A stretch of DNA of 64,000 bases from Antedon mediterranea. Taxonomy: Eukaryota; Animalia; Echinodermata. Under the pieces are notes generated by a model. That model was not told where the DNA came from and searched no databases. It worked only from the letters and a program-made list of their open reading frames with translations. Shown here piece after piece: positions 48,791 through 62,368 of this stretch. How positions within the stretch are numbered: the first letter of the stretch is position 1; each line of letters opens with the position of its first letter. The stretch lies in NCBI RefSeq assembly GCF_964355755.1, contig NC_092672.1, forward strand, positions 12,896,001 through 12,960,000, written 5' to 3'. The position numbers and the translations under genes are program-made.

Positions 48791-51399
48791 ACTATCAGTC
48801 GGAGAGCCGCGTTGGGAAATATGACCGTTATCGCGAAATTTTCGACTTCGCATGACGTCATTAATTTTAGAAGCCCTCTCTCGGCACAGAGGCATCAACG
48901 TTTCGCGCGAAAACATTAGCATAAAGTATACGTCATTTTATAGCTGTTTAATAAACATTAATAGGCGAAAAATTAACCATATATGGTAAGATCAGTTCCT
49001 TATATGTTTAAGATGTCGCAGGTCACCTAATTTTCGGAATAATTTGTTGGATTTGTTGTCAGTGACAGTTTCTTTCCAAAGTTCGTGTGCAGCCGTCAAA
49101 GCTGAAGTTTTCTAACTTGTGTTTGTTTACAAATTTTCCATTAGTGGGATTTGCATCCCATACAGTGAATTACCAAAAAATCGGCGTATATGGATAGAGT
49201 AAGTATCAATAGTCTGTTTTACGTTAAAATTGGCTTGAAACCCTATTTAAGCTTCCTACAGCGAACATTTTAAAAAAGGTCCTCATTTCACATAATTGTT
49301 ACGTCTCGCGGCACTAGTTCCGTCGTGTGTGGTGCATGGTGTGTTGATTGTGGTTGTTGCAGGTGTGGGTGTGTGCACGACCTGGTGGATCGTTGTCGTA
49401 ATATCGGCCTAGGCTTAGCCTTAGTAACATGTTGATAATTAAAATACTTTAGTTACAATTTAGTATTATTAAAGTTTCGTTAATCCTACTATATATTGAA
49501 GATGCGTTGGGAAGGTTTTAAAAAGATAATTAAGCCAATCGCAGCCTGACATTATATAGTTAAATATCCTCATTATTGGCAACTGATGGGTACAATTTAT
49601 TTACTGTATTAATAATTATACAATAAATATACAGACACAAGGAAGTTTTGTGTTTAGTGCTTTTTTATGGTAGGCCTACAGTACAGTCATATTTTATCTG
49701 AATATGTTTTCAGGTTGTGGAATAATTATATAATTATACAGTATTTAAGAAAATGTTTTCGTCATAGTGACAATTATTTAAATAGTTCTTTACATTTCAG
49801 CTATTCATTTTCATTTCAGGTTTTTAGTTGGTATCAAGATTTTCTATCTCGTTCTTCAATATGAGGTTGGACGGTGGAAGCTGTAAAGTGGTTTTCTTGA
49901 TTTCAATATCATTGCTGATAGTTTTTCATTTTATTCGCTAATATAACATATAAATTTATATTCATTTAAGTTGTAGAAGTGTTTCAGATCAGTAAATTTT
50001 TATAAAGATATAAATTAAGTTGCAATTGATTGATTGATTTACTTTATTAACCAGAGTCGCACAGATGCATACAATATAAACGTAAAACAATCATAAAATC
50101 AGTACAACAGTAAGACTCAAGTAAAAATGATATCTCAAAAAGTACATATGGTGGCATATTTTATATTTACAGTATTAGGCCTAGCTAGTTTGTTATGTCT
50201 GATGAACAAGGTGCTATTAGAAGTTTTTATATACAGTAGTATTTACTATTTGTATCAGTAATTGTTTGAAAGGTTGTATTTTTTCACATTCTGTATATGT
50301 ATACATAAAAAGAAAAAATGTATTGCTTGTGTGAAATGTAAGTTGTATCTAATAAAGTAATAGAATATTTCTGTATACAAGTGTGACACAAGTGTGACAT
50401 TTACTGCCAGATATTGATATACTTATAAGTACCAACCAATTAACAATACTCAAGTAAATGATGGGCTAATAATTATCTTTTTTAAAAACATGACCATATA
50501 AAAATACATGGTTGAGTCTCTCAAACAAAAGATGCCTGATTTTATAAATAGCATTCCCCACCATATTTATATATAAATTGAAAATGGGTTATCTTTTGGC
50601 ACTTTGTTTTTCAATTTATTGTTTTTTAACAGTTTTTGTAATTTTTTCTGGGCCTAGGTTCTTCTTCAGGCGTCTTCTTGCTTGGTATATGAGCTGGGAT
50701 AGACCTACCAGCCTAGATTATGGAATACCCAGATTATGTCTACTTCTACTCCAGCTACTTTAGGCCCTACTATAACACGAACTACTATCAGAATTACCTA
50801 CAGTAGCCTAACTAGGCCTAGAAAATACTATTTTTAGGCTTAGCTAGGCTAGAAGTTAAGTAAGTAATTATAGTAGCTAGTCTAAGTAGGCCTTTCCTAG
50901 CTCAGAAACCAAATAGAACAATAATCGGGCAGCAGATTGAAACCTTAGGCCTGTGACGCAGTACGCCTGCATGAACAACCGGATTAAACAGGGACACGAT
51001 TCGGTCCGGGTCGATTCGTACCAGCTTCGTAAAACGTAAACAAAGTTTCAAAATGGCGGTTTTTCGATCGTAACTGAACAGAAATGTAGTAGGTTTGGTT
51101 TGATTAGTGGGAGTTGCATCCCAAGAAAGCTTAAAATTAGATTTTTATTTTAATAGATAGCTTAATAGTTTATCTTGAAAGGATTTTAAATTCGCTTTGA
51201 AACCTTATCTAGAAAATATGAAATTTAATGATTTTTTACCATCATTTAAAAAAAAATATAAATAAAAAAGTTTATACACAAAATAATGATATTTCTCGAA
51301 ACAAAAAAACTGTGGAATTTAGATCACAGTTTTTATCATTATTTACGCTTGCAGTTCAATTATTGAAATACGTTTATTGATTTCATCTAATATCAAAAT

Positions 51400-52396
51400 T
51401 ATACAATTTTCAAAGTGTACTAAAATAGCAAAAATTCCAACATTTTCCACGAAGCGCGCCCTCACAATGAATGAAATCAGTGATGCGTTACCAACGCGGC
51501 TTTCCGACTGTATGACCATAATCGTTTTTTCTACCAACATACAACTAGAAGTGGTGAACATCAAGATGATGATCCATTACTTTCGCTTTTGTTCAATATG
51601 TATAAACAAATCCATTATAACATTTTGAATGCAAACAATAATGATAAAGATAAGAAAAGTGCTGCAGCATTTATAAAGTACAAAGAGAAGCATATGGCTG
51701 CATCGAAAATTATACATTGGTGGCGTAAAATTAAAGATTATAGCAACAGTAACAAATTTACGTCTGTCAGTTTGGATAGCCAAGCAATATTTGGAAACCA
51801 TCTATTTGTTTTAAGTGGAGCTGTTCCAAAAAAAAGGGCAAATCCTTTACCCAAAAAGAACTACAAAACTTAAAGAACATGGCGGAAGAATAGCTAAAAC
51901 CTTGCCCGAGAAAATACTTTGTTCAAATCGTTATATTATATTAGCCAATCAAACGCTATCAAAGGCCAAAACCATATCCGAGACTATTAGACGGGCAATG
52001 ACAAAACGCACAAACTGGATCTATCAGATCATACATGCAACGTGTGTTTATAAGTGTTGAGGACAGACACTTTAAGAAAACTCCAAATATGATGAATCTT
52101 ATGAAGAAAGCTAAAAAAAAAACAAAAATTAGAAAAAAAGTTTCTCCCAAAAAGGGAAATCCTGGAAACTACTTTGTATGGAAACATGTGAAAACACAAA
52201 AACCAAGAGTTTTTTCAAAACCAGTCAATTAGTTAAACATTTTTTCAAGAAATACAAAACATTGTCGCCAAATTCAAAATTTAAAAACAAAACTGAGTGG
52301 GCAACGAGGTGGAAAGAAAAAAATATTAAAAAAGAAAGGGATAAAGTAAATAAAGAACCAGCCTATACAAAAGTATTAGATTTTATAAATGAGTGA
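51400..52396 (+). pseudogene. Decayed lysine-rich coding fragment of unidentified family
   Basis: Chain of overlapping + ORFs 51589..52396, including the IQ-like motif AASKIIHWWRK. Confidence 0.3.
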
Positions 52397-53315
52397 TAAG
52401 CCGGCTGTATGCAAGGTGTGGTTATATCTATAATACTGTATAATGGTCATTAAGGAAATTAAATTATCAAATATAAAAGATTTGTCAATTATAGGTACAG
52501 GTTTCTTTTAACATTATTGTAAACTACAGTACTACTAACTGTGGCATTGTTTAGGTCAAGTATTCAAATACATTAATTTTTGTTTAATTTATGAATAAAA
52601 TATGTTTTAATTGCATGTAATTTCAATTCTGTTTTTATCATGTTTAAATTTTTTTTTTTATTTCATAATGTTGGGGAAACTTGCATCACATTAATTGATT
52701 TATTGTGTAGATGTTTTAAGATAGTGTACGGTTATAGTACAGTTTCCGTATGAGAAGGCCAATTTATTAATGTTATGTCCGTAGTGATGTGGTCTTTTTG
52801 TAGGGCATACTGTATCACAGGATAATGTGCAGACTATAGAACCGTATTTGTATAGTATACGATAGTATTTAATATTGCTATGCCTCAAAACATTTTTCAA
52901 AGTAGGACGGTGGCATTAGTAGTCTGGGTTAATTAGGCTAAATATGTTTGTAAGAGTGCCATAAATTGTAATCGGTAATAAATTTTGAGGAATATGTCAG
53001 TATGTGTCTCGGAAGTAGACAGATCTGTTGTAATCCACAAAAAGTCTTCCGATAATCCGTTAGGGACGACAGAAATTTACTGTAATTTTATAAATATATG
53101 ACGTGACATATTACAATGAATATTTCAGGAACTTAGACATACTATATATCTAAATCTGTCAATGACAATTAAGAAATGAATGAATACAAAGAATGTTATG
53201 TTTGTGAAAATTGGAAATGTTGAACGGTACGAAAATAAATTGATCATAAGCTTAACGCACGATGTTATACATGGTGTATTGTTAGGCAGGTATGACCGGT
53301 TGTCAACTTTGCTGC

Positions 53316-56300
53316 GTTGTACTTGTTGTCTTGAATAACCAAGCGTTTCCGAGCTTAATAATTAAAGTTAACAATTTTTCTAACCTTTGTACGAATACGC
53401 GTTAATGTTATCAATATAAACTGATCAGTATCATGGAAATTGACGTTTTGTTGTAACCGGAGCTGTGGGAAATTTAGACAAGCTGGATATGACATGAAAA
53501 CTCGTCACGGTTGAATGTTACCAGGAATGTTAATACTTATATATACCGAGTATCGAAATAAGTGCGTTGCATTATAAGATATGTTTTAATCGCCAACTTT
53601 GACTGGAAGAGAAAGTTATTTTGGTTACCAAAAAAGCTCAGTATTTCAGTTAATTGATTTTGTAATGATATTTCCGATTAATTCTTTGTGACGCCCACTT
53701 TTGTCGAAATCTTATATTTTTTATTGTTGTTGGAATTAGTCAGAGGGAGAATACATCTTCAAGTCTTTAAAATGTATTATTCAAATAAAATAAGGAAATT
53801 TATAAGTTTGTGTTATGTATTAATTCTAACTTATTGTACGTAAACACGAAAGATGTTAATACGATAATTACAATGACACACTTCATGAAAATGATATGAC
53901 GTCCAAAAACGATAAATGTTGTTCCAATTACCGTAAACCGTATGTTATGTATCAAATCACTCATTCTTTATGCCCTAGATACAGATTCGTTTTCTCATTT
54001 CCTTCTCGGGTACAGCCAATGCGACAGGTTGTTCATCCCAAATTGTATTACTATATTAACTAATCAATAATCAAGAAATCAACTCTACTATGAAGAACTT
54101 TAATAGTTCATTAATTAAAGGTGTGTTGTTAAAGTAATGGTAAGTAAATTGCACAGTGCACCAGAAGGCAAGTTCAGATTTTTTATATACACCAAAAATG
54201 TGCTGTAAAACAATTTGCATTTGTCCAATAACGTTCCCATAAATGTTGAGCCTTTAGTTATTCACAAACTGTTACTTTGTTGCTATTTATAAACTTGTTT
54301 AGTTCAGAGCTTTTCATTGGCTTATACATTATTGGGTGATGTTTGCGGAGAACATATATAGTGTCCATATATTTAGACCTTTGTTCATACGCGATTTTTG
54401 ATACTGAGAAAATGACTAGTTTTACAAATTGCAAGTTGTGTGTTGTTGAAATGTTCAAAGAACGAAAAAAGCGAGGTTCGGAGGCGACATTTCTGGTTGG
54501 CAGTGTGATTGAAGGAAGCGAGAGTAAAAATAACGGCGTGGTCCCTTGTTACATAAATAACTTAGATGGAGAGATGGCGACTACAGCAAAATAGTTAGTG
54601 GTAGGGGACAAATTTTTGGCCACAAAATGTCACTGTCAGTGTCCGAATGACGGCTGCGTCAAAGGTACATGATATATATTCCCTCCATATGGTGTGTTCA
54701 TCTGTATATCTGTCTTGTGCACATATTCTAACGTTTTGTCGGTTTGTTTGACATAACAAGCTGTAAAGGGTAGAAAAGAAAAAACACGCCTGTTCCAATA
54801 CTAGCCGTGGGACCAATAAGAGCAGTTGTGTAGACAAGACAAACCATGGCTAGTATTGGGCCAATGAAAAGGAACGGCAAAAACATCATATCAAAAACAC
54901 GCTGACCATCATTAGTATATAAGGTTTTGCCAAATCATCCTCAAGCAAGTCCATGAGATGTTTAATGAAATCACCCTGGCCCAACAGCAAGTATCGTCTC
55001 ATAGCCTTTAGATGATCCAAAAATTTGTACTTGGAGAAAAATATGTCTAAAAGATATTTACTTGTTTCTTTGTAGACAGTGTTGATAATCTCTTGAAAAC
55101 CTCCATCCAAATCCTGATTAAATAACAATTCAGATCTATGATCTTTCTTCAACATTTCTTCATTCAACTTGTTTTGCCCATTAAGTACTGAATGGTCATG
55201 ACAAACTTGTCGAATAAAGTTGATTGATTTTCCAATCAATAAAATCTTTGATGCTTGTTCCATTGATAGGAAAGATGGAATCATAGACTTGCGGAGGGAA
55301 TAGCGTTCATGCCATAGCCCTACATCTTTAACAGTAGGGTCAGCAGCAACAAAGAACTCATGACATCGATCTTCTAATTATCCATCATAAATCCATTTAT
55401 CAATAAAATGTTGTATTGGGTAGTTTCAATACATGTTGCATTAGTCCATGTACATCTGGGTCACCATGCATTGCATATGAATGAAGGCTGAGGATAATGC
55501 TCCTCCTTTTTTATCTTTACAGTAGTCTACTAGTTGGGCTAGCCATTTCAGTCTTTGCTTGGGATCAAGAACCTATACAGAAAGTCTAAGTAGAGTCAAA
55601 GAGCATCTGGGGTCACTTTGCATCTCTTCATCATCTTCTTGTTTAAGCTGTGCCTGCAAAACTGATAACCATCTATAGTACTCTGTAACTTGATACGATC
55701 AATACGATACGCTTCCTCTGATTGGTCAAATTTAATCATTTTTCCATCAATACCTTGAAATATGTAAACCAATTCACGTAATATAGCTCCTTCAGAACCT
55801 TCATTTAAATAGTTTTCATCTTCTCCAATTGTATAAACCGATCTGTCCACTACCTGAGCTTGTGATGGTAATAAACTTCTATGCACGATATGCTCAGCAG
55901 TGTATAGTTTTTTTTTTAGTCACCACCCTATCCTCAACACACAATAGGCTGAAGCTGTCTAGTTCTTTTTGTCGTAATTCAAACTGAGGCCCTCTTTGAT
56001 GTGTTGTACTTATTATTTTCTTGAATAACCAAGCGTTTCCGAGCACAATAATCCATTATTCCTTGTCGTGTACGCCTTACTTTGACTTAATACTTCTCGA
56101 AATAGTCCTTATTTTGCACCACCTTTTACAATCCTATATTGTGAGATATCATGGGTTTGATCACAGTGAATGTCGATTAATTATTTAATTCCTTTTTTTT
56201 TTTGGTTCGTTTTCTATAAGAGAAGATGTTTGTCTAGGCCTGTAGAGAAATACAGTTTATACTTTGGATTAATGTTTGTTCACCTGTAAGATTTTCATGA

Positions 56301-58553
56301 AGTGTTGCCCTTAAATATTTGATCGTAATTTTTGAAATGAAATTAAGTTGTACTAGTATGAACAAATATGTTTAGGCCTAGTCCTACATGGAGGTGTTGA
56401 ATGAAGAAATTCACAGCTTTTCATATTGTCCATGACCTGTAAGATTGAGGCATATAATAGGGCTCAAATCAGCATAACAAGACGACTAGATTGTGCGCAA
56501 AATAAATTATGAAACCTAACATAGGCATAGTAGCAGAATAGTAAAATAGTAGGTTAGCCTAGTTCAGGTACAATCAAAGCCACTAAAAATTAGGCAATCA
56601 TTTTCTAGCATCAGGACGACCGTCGCGAAGTTCCTTATTGGTTTGGATCCAGTCCCTTTTCAAAGTTTTAAAGAAGCATAATTTTTGACAACATGAACTT
56701 ACACAAGATACACATTTGTCATGTATACAAAATTTGAATCAAATAAGGATAGGGCAAAGCTCAATCGATGAATTTAAGAAAGTATAGAGTAATGAATATA
56801 TTATTATTTATTATTATTATTATGTCCAATGCAGTACTAGGATATTTTATAGGTTAGAAAACATGCATGGCAGTATAGTTACAATTTATTAGTAGTGCTT
56901 TAGTATGGGCTTTCATAATTAACATTATTATTGATTAAGAATATTTGTTCTTATAAGAGGTGAACTTTGGGTTGGTAAAGGTCTAGGACAATCTACTTTT
57001 TTGTGCCGAGATATAGTTGACTACAATTTGTAAATGATTGTACATGGACGCCATTATTATCGTGTTAATTTTTAAATAAATAATATTGGTAAACAACCTG
57101 AACCGTTTTGTACTTCTATGATTTGGGGAATAACATTGGATATGTCAATAAATTAAAGTTAACAATTTTTCTAACCTTTGTACGAATACGCGTTAATGTT
57201 ATCAATATAAACTGATCAGTATCATGGAAATTGACGTTTTGTTGTAACCGGAGCTGTGGGAAATTTAGACAAGCTGGATATGACATGAAAACTCGTCACG
57301 GTTGAGAAGGTGTCTTCACACTGATAATACCAGGAATGTTAATACTTATAAGTGCGTTGCATTATAAGATATGTTTTAATCGCCAACTTTGACTGGAAGA
57401 GAAAGTTATTTTGGTTACCAAAAAAGCTCAGTATTTCAGTTAATTGATTTTTCAATGATATTTCCGATTAATTCTTTGTGACGCCCACTTTTGTCAAAAT
57501 CTTATATTTGTTATTGTTGTTGGAATTAGTCAGAGGGAGAATACATCTTCAAGTCTTTAAAATGTATTATTCCAATAAAATAAGGAAATTTATAAGTTTG
57601 TGTTATGTATTAATTCTAACTTATTGCACGTAGACGCGAAAGATGTTAATACGATAGTTACAATGACACACTTCATGAAAATGATATGACGTCCAAAAAC
57701 GATAATGTTGTTCCAATTACCGTAAACCGTATGTTATGTATCAAATCACTCATTCTTTATGCCCTAGATACAGATTCGTTTTCTCATTTCCTTCTCGGGT
57801 ACAGCCAATGCGACAGGTTGTTCATCCCAAATTGTATTACTATATTAGCTAATCAATAATCAAGAAATCAACTCTACTATGAAGAACTTTAATAGTTCAT
57901 TAATTAAAGGTGTGTTGTTAAAGTAATGGTAAGTAAATTGCACAGTGCACCAGAAGGCAAGTTCAGATTTTTTATATACACCAAAAAAGTGCTGTAAAAC
58001 AATTTGCATTTGTCCAATAACGTTCCCATAAATGTTGAGCCTTTAGTTATTCACAAACTGTTACTTTGTTGCTATTTATAAACTTGTTCAGTTCAGAGCT
58101 TTTCATTGGCTTATACATTATTGGGTGATGTTTGCGGAGAACATATATAGACTTTTGTTCATACGCGATTTTTGATACTGAGAAAATGACTAGTTTTACA
58201 AATTGCAAGTTGTGTGTTGTTGAAATGTTCAAAGAACGAAAAAAGCGAGGTTCGGAGGCGACATTTCTGGTTGGCAGTGTGATTGAAGGAAGCGAGAGTA
58301 AAAATAACGGCGTGGTCCCTTGTTACATAAATAACAACTTAGATGGAGAGATGGCGACTACAGCAAAATAGTTAGTGGTAGGGGACAAATTTTTGGCCAC
58401 AAAATGTCACTGCGGAGCAGGCAGTGTCCGAATGACGGCTGCGTCAAAGGTACATGATTTTTTTTTATCGTAAAAATATATATTCCCTCCATATGGTGTG
58501 GTCATCTGTATATCTGTCTTGTGCACATATTCTAACGTTTTGTCGGTTTGTTT
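53316..58553 (+). repeat. ~1.4-kb direct repeat pair bracketing the TUBGCP3 pseudogene
   Basis: 53359-54750 matches 57151-58553 with small indels. The motif CTTGAATAACCAAGCGTTTCCGAGC occurs at ~53330 and ~56020. Confidence 0.93.
54915..55890 (-). pseudogene. TUBGCP3: Gamma-tubulin complex component 3 (Spc98/GCP3) intronless internal fragment
   Basis: ILRELVYIFQGIDGK, EYYRWLSVL, DPKQRLKWLA, KWIYDG*LED..HEFFV, YSLRKSMIPSF..KILLIGKSINF and AMRRYLLLGQGDFIKHLMDLL. Stops, frameshifts and a deletion are present; no introns. Confidence 0.9.
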
Positions 58554-59074
58554 CAGTGTTTAATAGTACATACAGTAGTTGACCGGTTTCCGTTGCTTGT
58601 GTCATTTAGCGCATCGCGCAGATAGATATTTAGTGGGTCTTCATTTATTGTACACATACGTTTATGTATGATCTAATTGAAGCCTAGTTATTAAATTTAA
58701 CAAAAATGTTATCAAAATAATACATACGAAAGTATGGTGAAATTGTAAAACAGGAAAAAAAAGTAGAACCAAATTACCATGACCGTGGCTGGGGACTGTA
58801 TTCCCCTTCCCCGCAATATTTATATTGGAAGTAACTCGTTTCGTTTGTACCTGGGGTAATTTAACACATGTTGTATTTTATGAAAGACGTCGTCAATTAT
58901 AAGTTGCTGTACGCGTATCCCGCTAATATCCTGGCCTGAATGTTTGTATATTTTGTTATGTAATTTAAAAAACAAAGTGTGGTCATGGTAATAACGACAA
59001 AGTTGACTGAAGTAATTCAATTAAACGACTCCTTGAATAATCGTAATTTGTTCTCCCGTGAAACTGTCTCGCTG

Positions 59075-59450
59075 CATTCTTTACTATGTGTGTACGTCTC
59101 CGTACACTATCCCACACAAACCGCTTTGTTGAGCCCCCAATACCATCAACAGGTCCCTTTCCATAGGAAGTCGCAAAAAAAGACCACTTGATTTTGAAAC
59201 TGTGCTCTTTTTCAAGGGCTTCAATTGCAGCAGCTACAAACTTGTTTTTGAACTGGGAACGTGGGCCATCTGACCATAAACTTCAAACTTCAGTTTTAAC
59301 TTCTGATGGGAGGTCTTCCAGGGCTCTGTCTATGTAAGTGACCAGTGTCTCTTTTGAATGAGTTAAACTATCAGAGACTAAACAACTTGAATGTATCTTG
59401 CCTGTGTGCCAATTAGCTACAGTAAACAGAGTGATTTGATGTTTGTATAC
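59075..59450 (-). pseudogene. Sola2-like DDD transposase fragment
   Basis: QITLFTV...VSDSLTHSK...WSDGPRSQFKNKF, then after a frameshift WSFFATSYGKGPVDGIGGSTKR. Confidence 0.7.
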
Positions 59451-59739
59451 ATTATTTGTAGGCTACTTAAATTAGACCTACTGTATATGTATAACCAAAA
59501 TTAAAATCCTAATCTTGGCTTGGAGGCAGGAATCTAATTCTCAATGAATTGTACTGAGTGAATTAACTTAATAAAGAACTGCACTCTATAGAATGAGCAG
59601 TAATAGAAGAATAAAGAACCTTGAAGAGGAGGTGTACAAGTTGAGGAAGAGGATGAAGAAACTGGTTTTTTTTACAAATTTTTTGCAGCAATTGTTAGCT
59701 ACTTTTACTATGTATGAAATTACAGCTGGATTTGATTGG

Positions 59740-59960
59740 ATAATATGAATAGAATAATAGTTCATGAATTTTTTTCAATGATAATTCATGAATTTTATTA
59801 TTTTCAGTAATAATTCATAAAAACTAAATCATTAACAATCTATGATTTTAATTCAATAATATTCATGAATTTGATTCAAAATTATTTAATATTCCTAATA
59901 AATCATGAATTAATAGAGAATAGAAATCATGAATTATTATTGAATAAAATTCCTGAAATA
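59740..59960. repeat. ATTCATGAAT-rich low-complexity repeat
   Basis: The palindromic TTCATGAA motif recurs. Confidence 0.6.
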
Positions 59961-61068
59961 CAATTGGATCTGTGGATAGATACTACCACAAACAAGGGTT
60001 CAAAGATGAAATCAGGATGGAAAGGTATCAGTAAGTAGAGTTAGGACATCTCTTCATGCAAGAAGGGTCATAATAAACATCCCTACAAGACTGTTTCTAG
60101 ATGGGCACGGAGTTCAATTTCTAGAAGATGCATGAATGAATTTGTCTGTGACCCATTCAATTTTGACAAGAGGATGTACTTCGACGTCATTGCATACATT
60201 TGAAAAGGAACTAATCCGGGGGAGGGGGGGGGGGGGGGCTCAGAGTATATTCTTGGCAGACGGGAATTAAACAGTCTAAAGGCATCAATTTTTTTATACA
60301 TCATGATGACAATCTCTGTAAAATTCACAGAAATCTATAGAGAGAAATTACAATTTGTTATATTAAGGAAACTTAAAAACTAAAAAATCAAGTATTAGGT
60401 CAATTGGTCAAAGGGTAAAAAGTCGAGTGGACAAGGCATGATGGTTGGCTGCAATTCACTAAAACTTGCTCAAAACAGAAGATGTGCTTGCTGTAATGGA
60501 AATTAATGGTTACAATGGGACGAGGATTGCAGAAACTTGATGATAACGTAATAACTTTGAACATCATCATCGATCAATAATTATAGTAATAAACATAAAT
60601 ATTATTAAAGGCGTATAGTACAGTATTACAATCTTAAAAATGAAATGATCAACAGCAAAATTAATTAGTCGATCCTTTATATCAACAGATGTCTTCCGTA
60701 GCAGTTTATATTCTTTCAACACCAATGCTACATAGTGACCATTTATTTTGTTTCACTATGGACAAAAACTTTGAGGTGTATGAAACCACCATTCCAAAAA
60801 TCTACAACAAAAAAACCTAATGCATACTATATCCATTTAAGCGATAATTCGTATGTCCAGAATTTTACCACCCTCCAGAACATAGCATGTCAGAGACTTT
60901 AGTTTTACCAGCAAAAAGGAGAATTAGCTTAAAGGCCACAATAGCTGAGGTGCAGTATTAATTGTATTTATATAGATTCCCATTAACTTTTTTTAAACTA
61001 ATAAGGTCATATGCATAAAATATATTGAGCATAAGAAAATGAAAGTATTACACATCACATCCTTACAG

Positions 61069-61289
61069 GTTTTTCCAATCAGAGAGGGAAGTGGCTGGAA
61101 AAGGCGGGATATCTTTCTTGCAGACGGCGACGACAGACAGTCAAAAAAATTAAATGTAAGCTGTGGGGCTGCCACAGCGAAATGATAACCGATGCAAACA
61201 TTGGCAATACCGTGACATTCAGCAACGTAGAAATCGAGATCTACAATGACGTACAACAAGTGAAGTCTTTAGATTTAACAATTGTAAAC
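61069..61289 (+). pseudogene. Possible OB-fold exon, frameshifted
   Basis: cag|VFPIREGSGWKRRDIFLADG...IGNTVTFSNVEIEIYNDVQQV...|gtaag, an RPA-like beta pattern. Confidence 0.35.
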
Positions 61290-61879
61290 GTAAGAACTTA
61301 ATTATCAAATACTGTATGTTAACTTTGAATCACAATGACTAAGGCAGAAAATAGGAAATTTCAATGTCAATAATACAAATAACTGTAATGTTTTATTTAC
61401 AATTAGGAAGAGCAAATTCAGAGAACTTGGGTCCTGGTGCTGTTGGAATGGAGTGATATCTTAAGAAGATCTATGGTATTTACCTAATTCATACCAACAA
61501 AATAAAAAAATGTTGGCCTATTATATTATAATGTTGGCACATTATCATTATTGTATTTTTAAAATACTTTTGCAGAGCTTAATGTCAAAATGTACAGAAA
61601 AATTGAGGAAATCAAAGCCAGGGGTATTCAACTGGAAGATGATATTTGTAAAATAAAGGTAGTAGTAAGTTTGAGTTATTATTATTATTTATCAGGTTTG
61701 ATAAGGCAGCACTGTCATATCAGCTGATATTGGTTATTGATTTTTTATGACATTTTAATTATTGAGACACGGTTCCTAGCAACATATGACCAGAAAGAAA
61801 TAGGGGGAACCGTTCGGGAGATTTTAAAGGCCTGCATAGTGACAGCATCTTCACAGTGAAGTCAACAAAGCTGATGTTT

Positions 61880-62130
61880 CAACCATGCTAAACAGATACC
61901 CAGAACTCTTTACCAACAAAATTGGAAAGTTGAATGGTGTAAAAGGCTGTGATAAATTTGTGCAAAGTGGGGAATAAAAAATCACAGAATAACATTTTCT
62001 GAAATGAATGCGGAAATCACCATAAAAGAGCTGCTTTCAAAAAATTAAAATAGACATGGTTTCACAATTCCCATTAGATTATATGCACTTGGTTTGTTTA
62101 GGTATAATGAAACGACTTTTACATATTTGC
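61880..62130 (+). pseudogene. CMC/EnSpm (CACTA) transposase core fragment
   Basis: GCDK..Q.GE followed by IDMVSQFPLDYMHLVCLGIMKRLL. Confidence 0.8.
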
Positions 62131-62368
62131 AAACTAAATTAGGAAGGCGCAAAGTTGATAATATCATTTTTTATTTTTCCATGTAGGAATAAGAATATTA
62201 TGTAGTCCTTTGATGTGCATGAAGTACTGTAGCTATGCAGAACAAATCATTCGTAACATAACAATTTAAAAAATATGACCAGAATAGATCATTCATAAAA
62301 AAAAAAAAAAAAAAGAAATCGATAATGATAAATATTTTGTTCATAATACGTTGTGATTTTAGGTATTA

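Noticed and set aside
53316-58553. Canonical LTR pair
   Set aside because: No PBS (TGG...), polypurine tract or TSD was found at the repeat edges in either orientation, and there is no gag/pol between the repeats.
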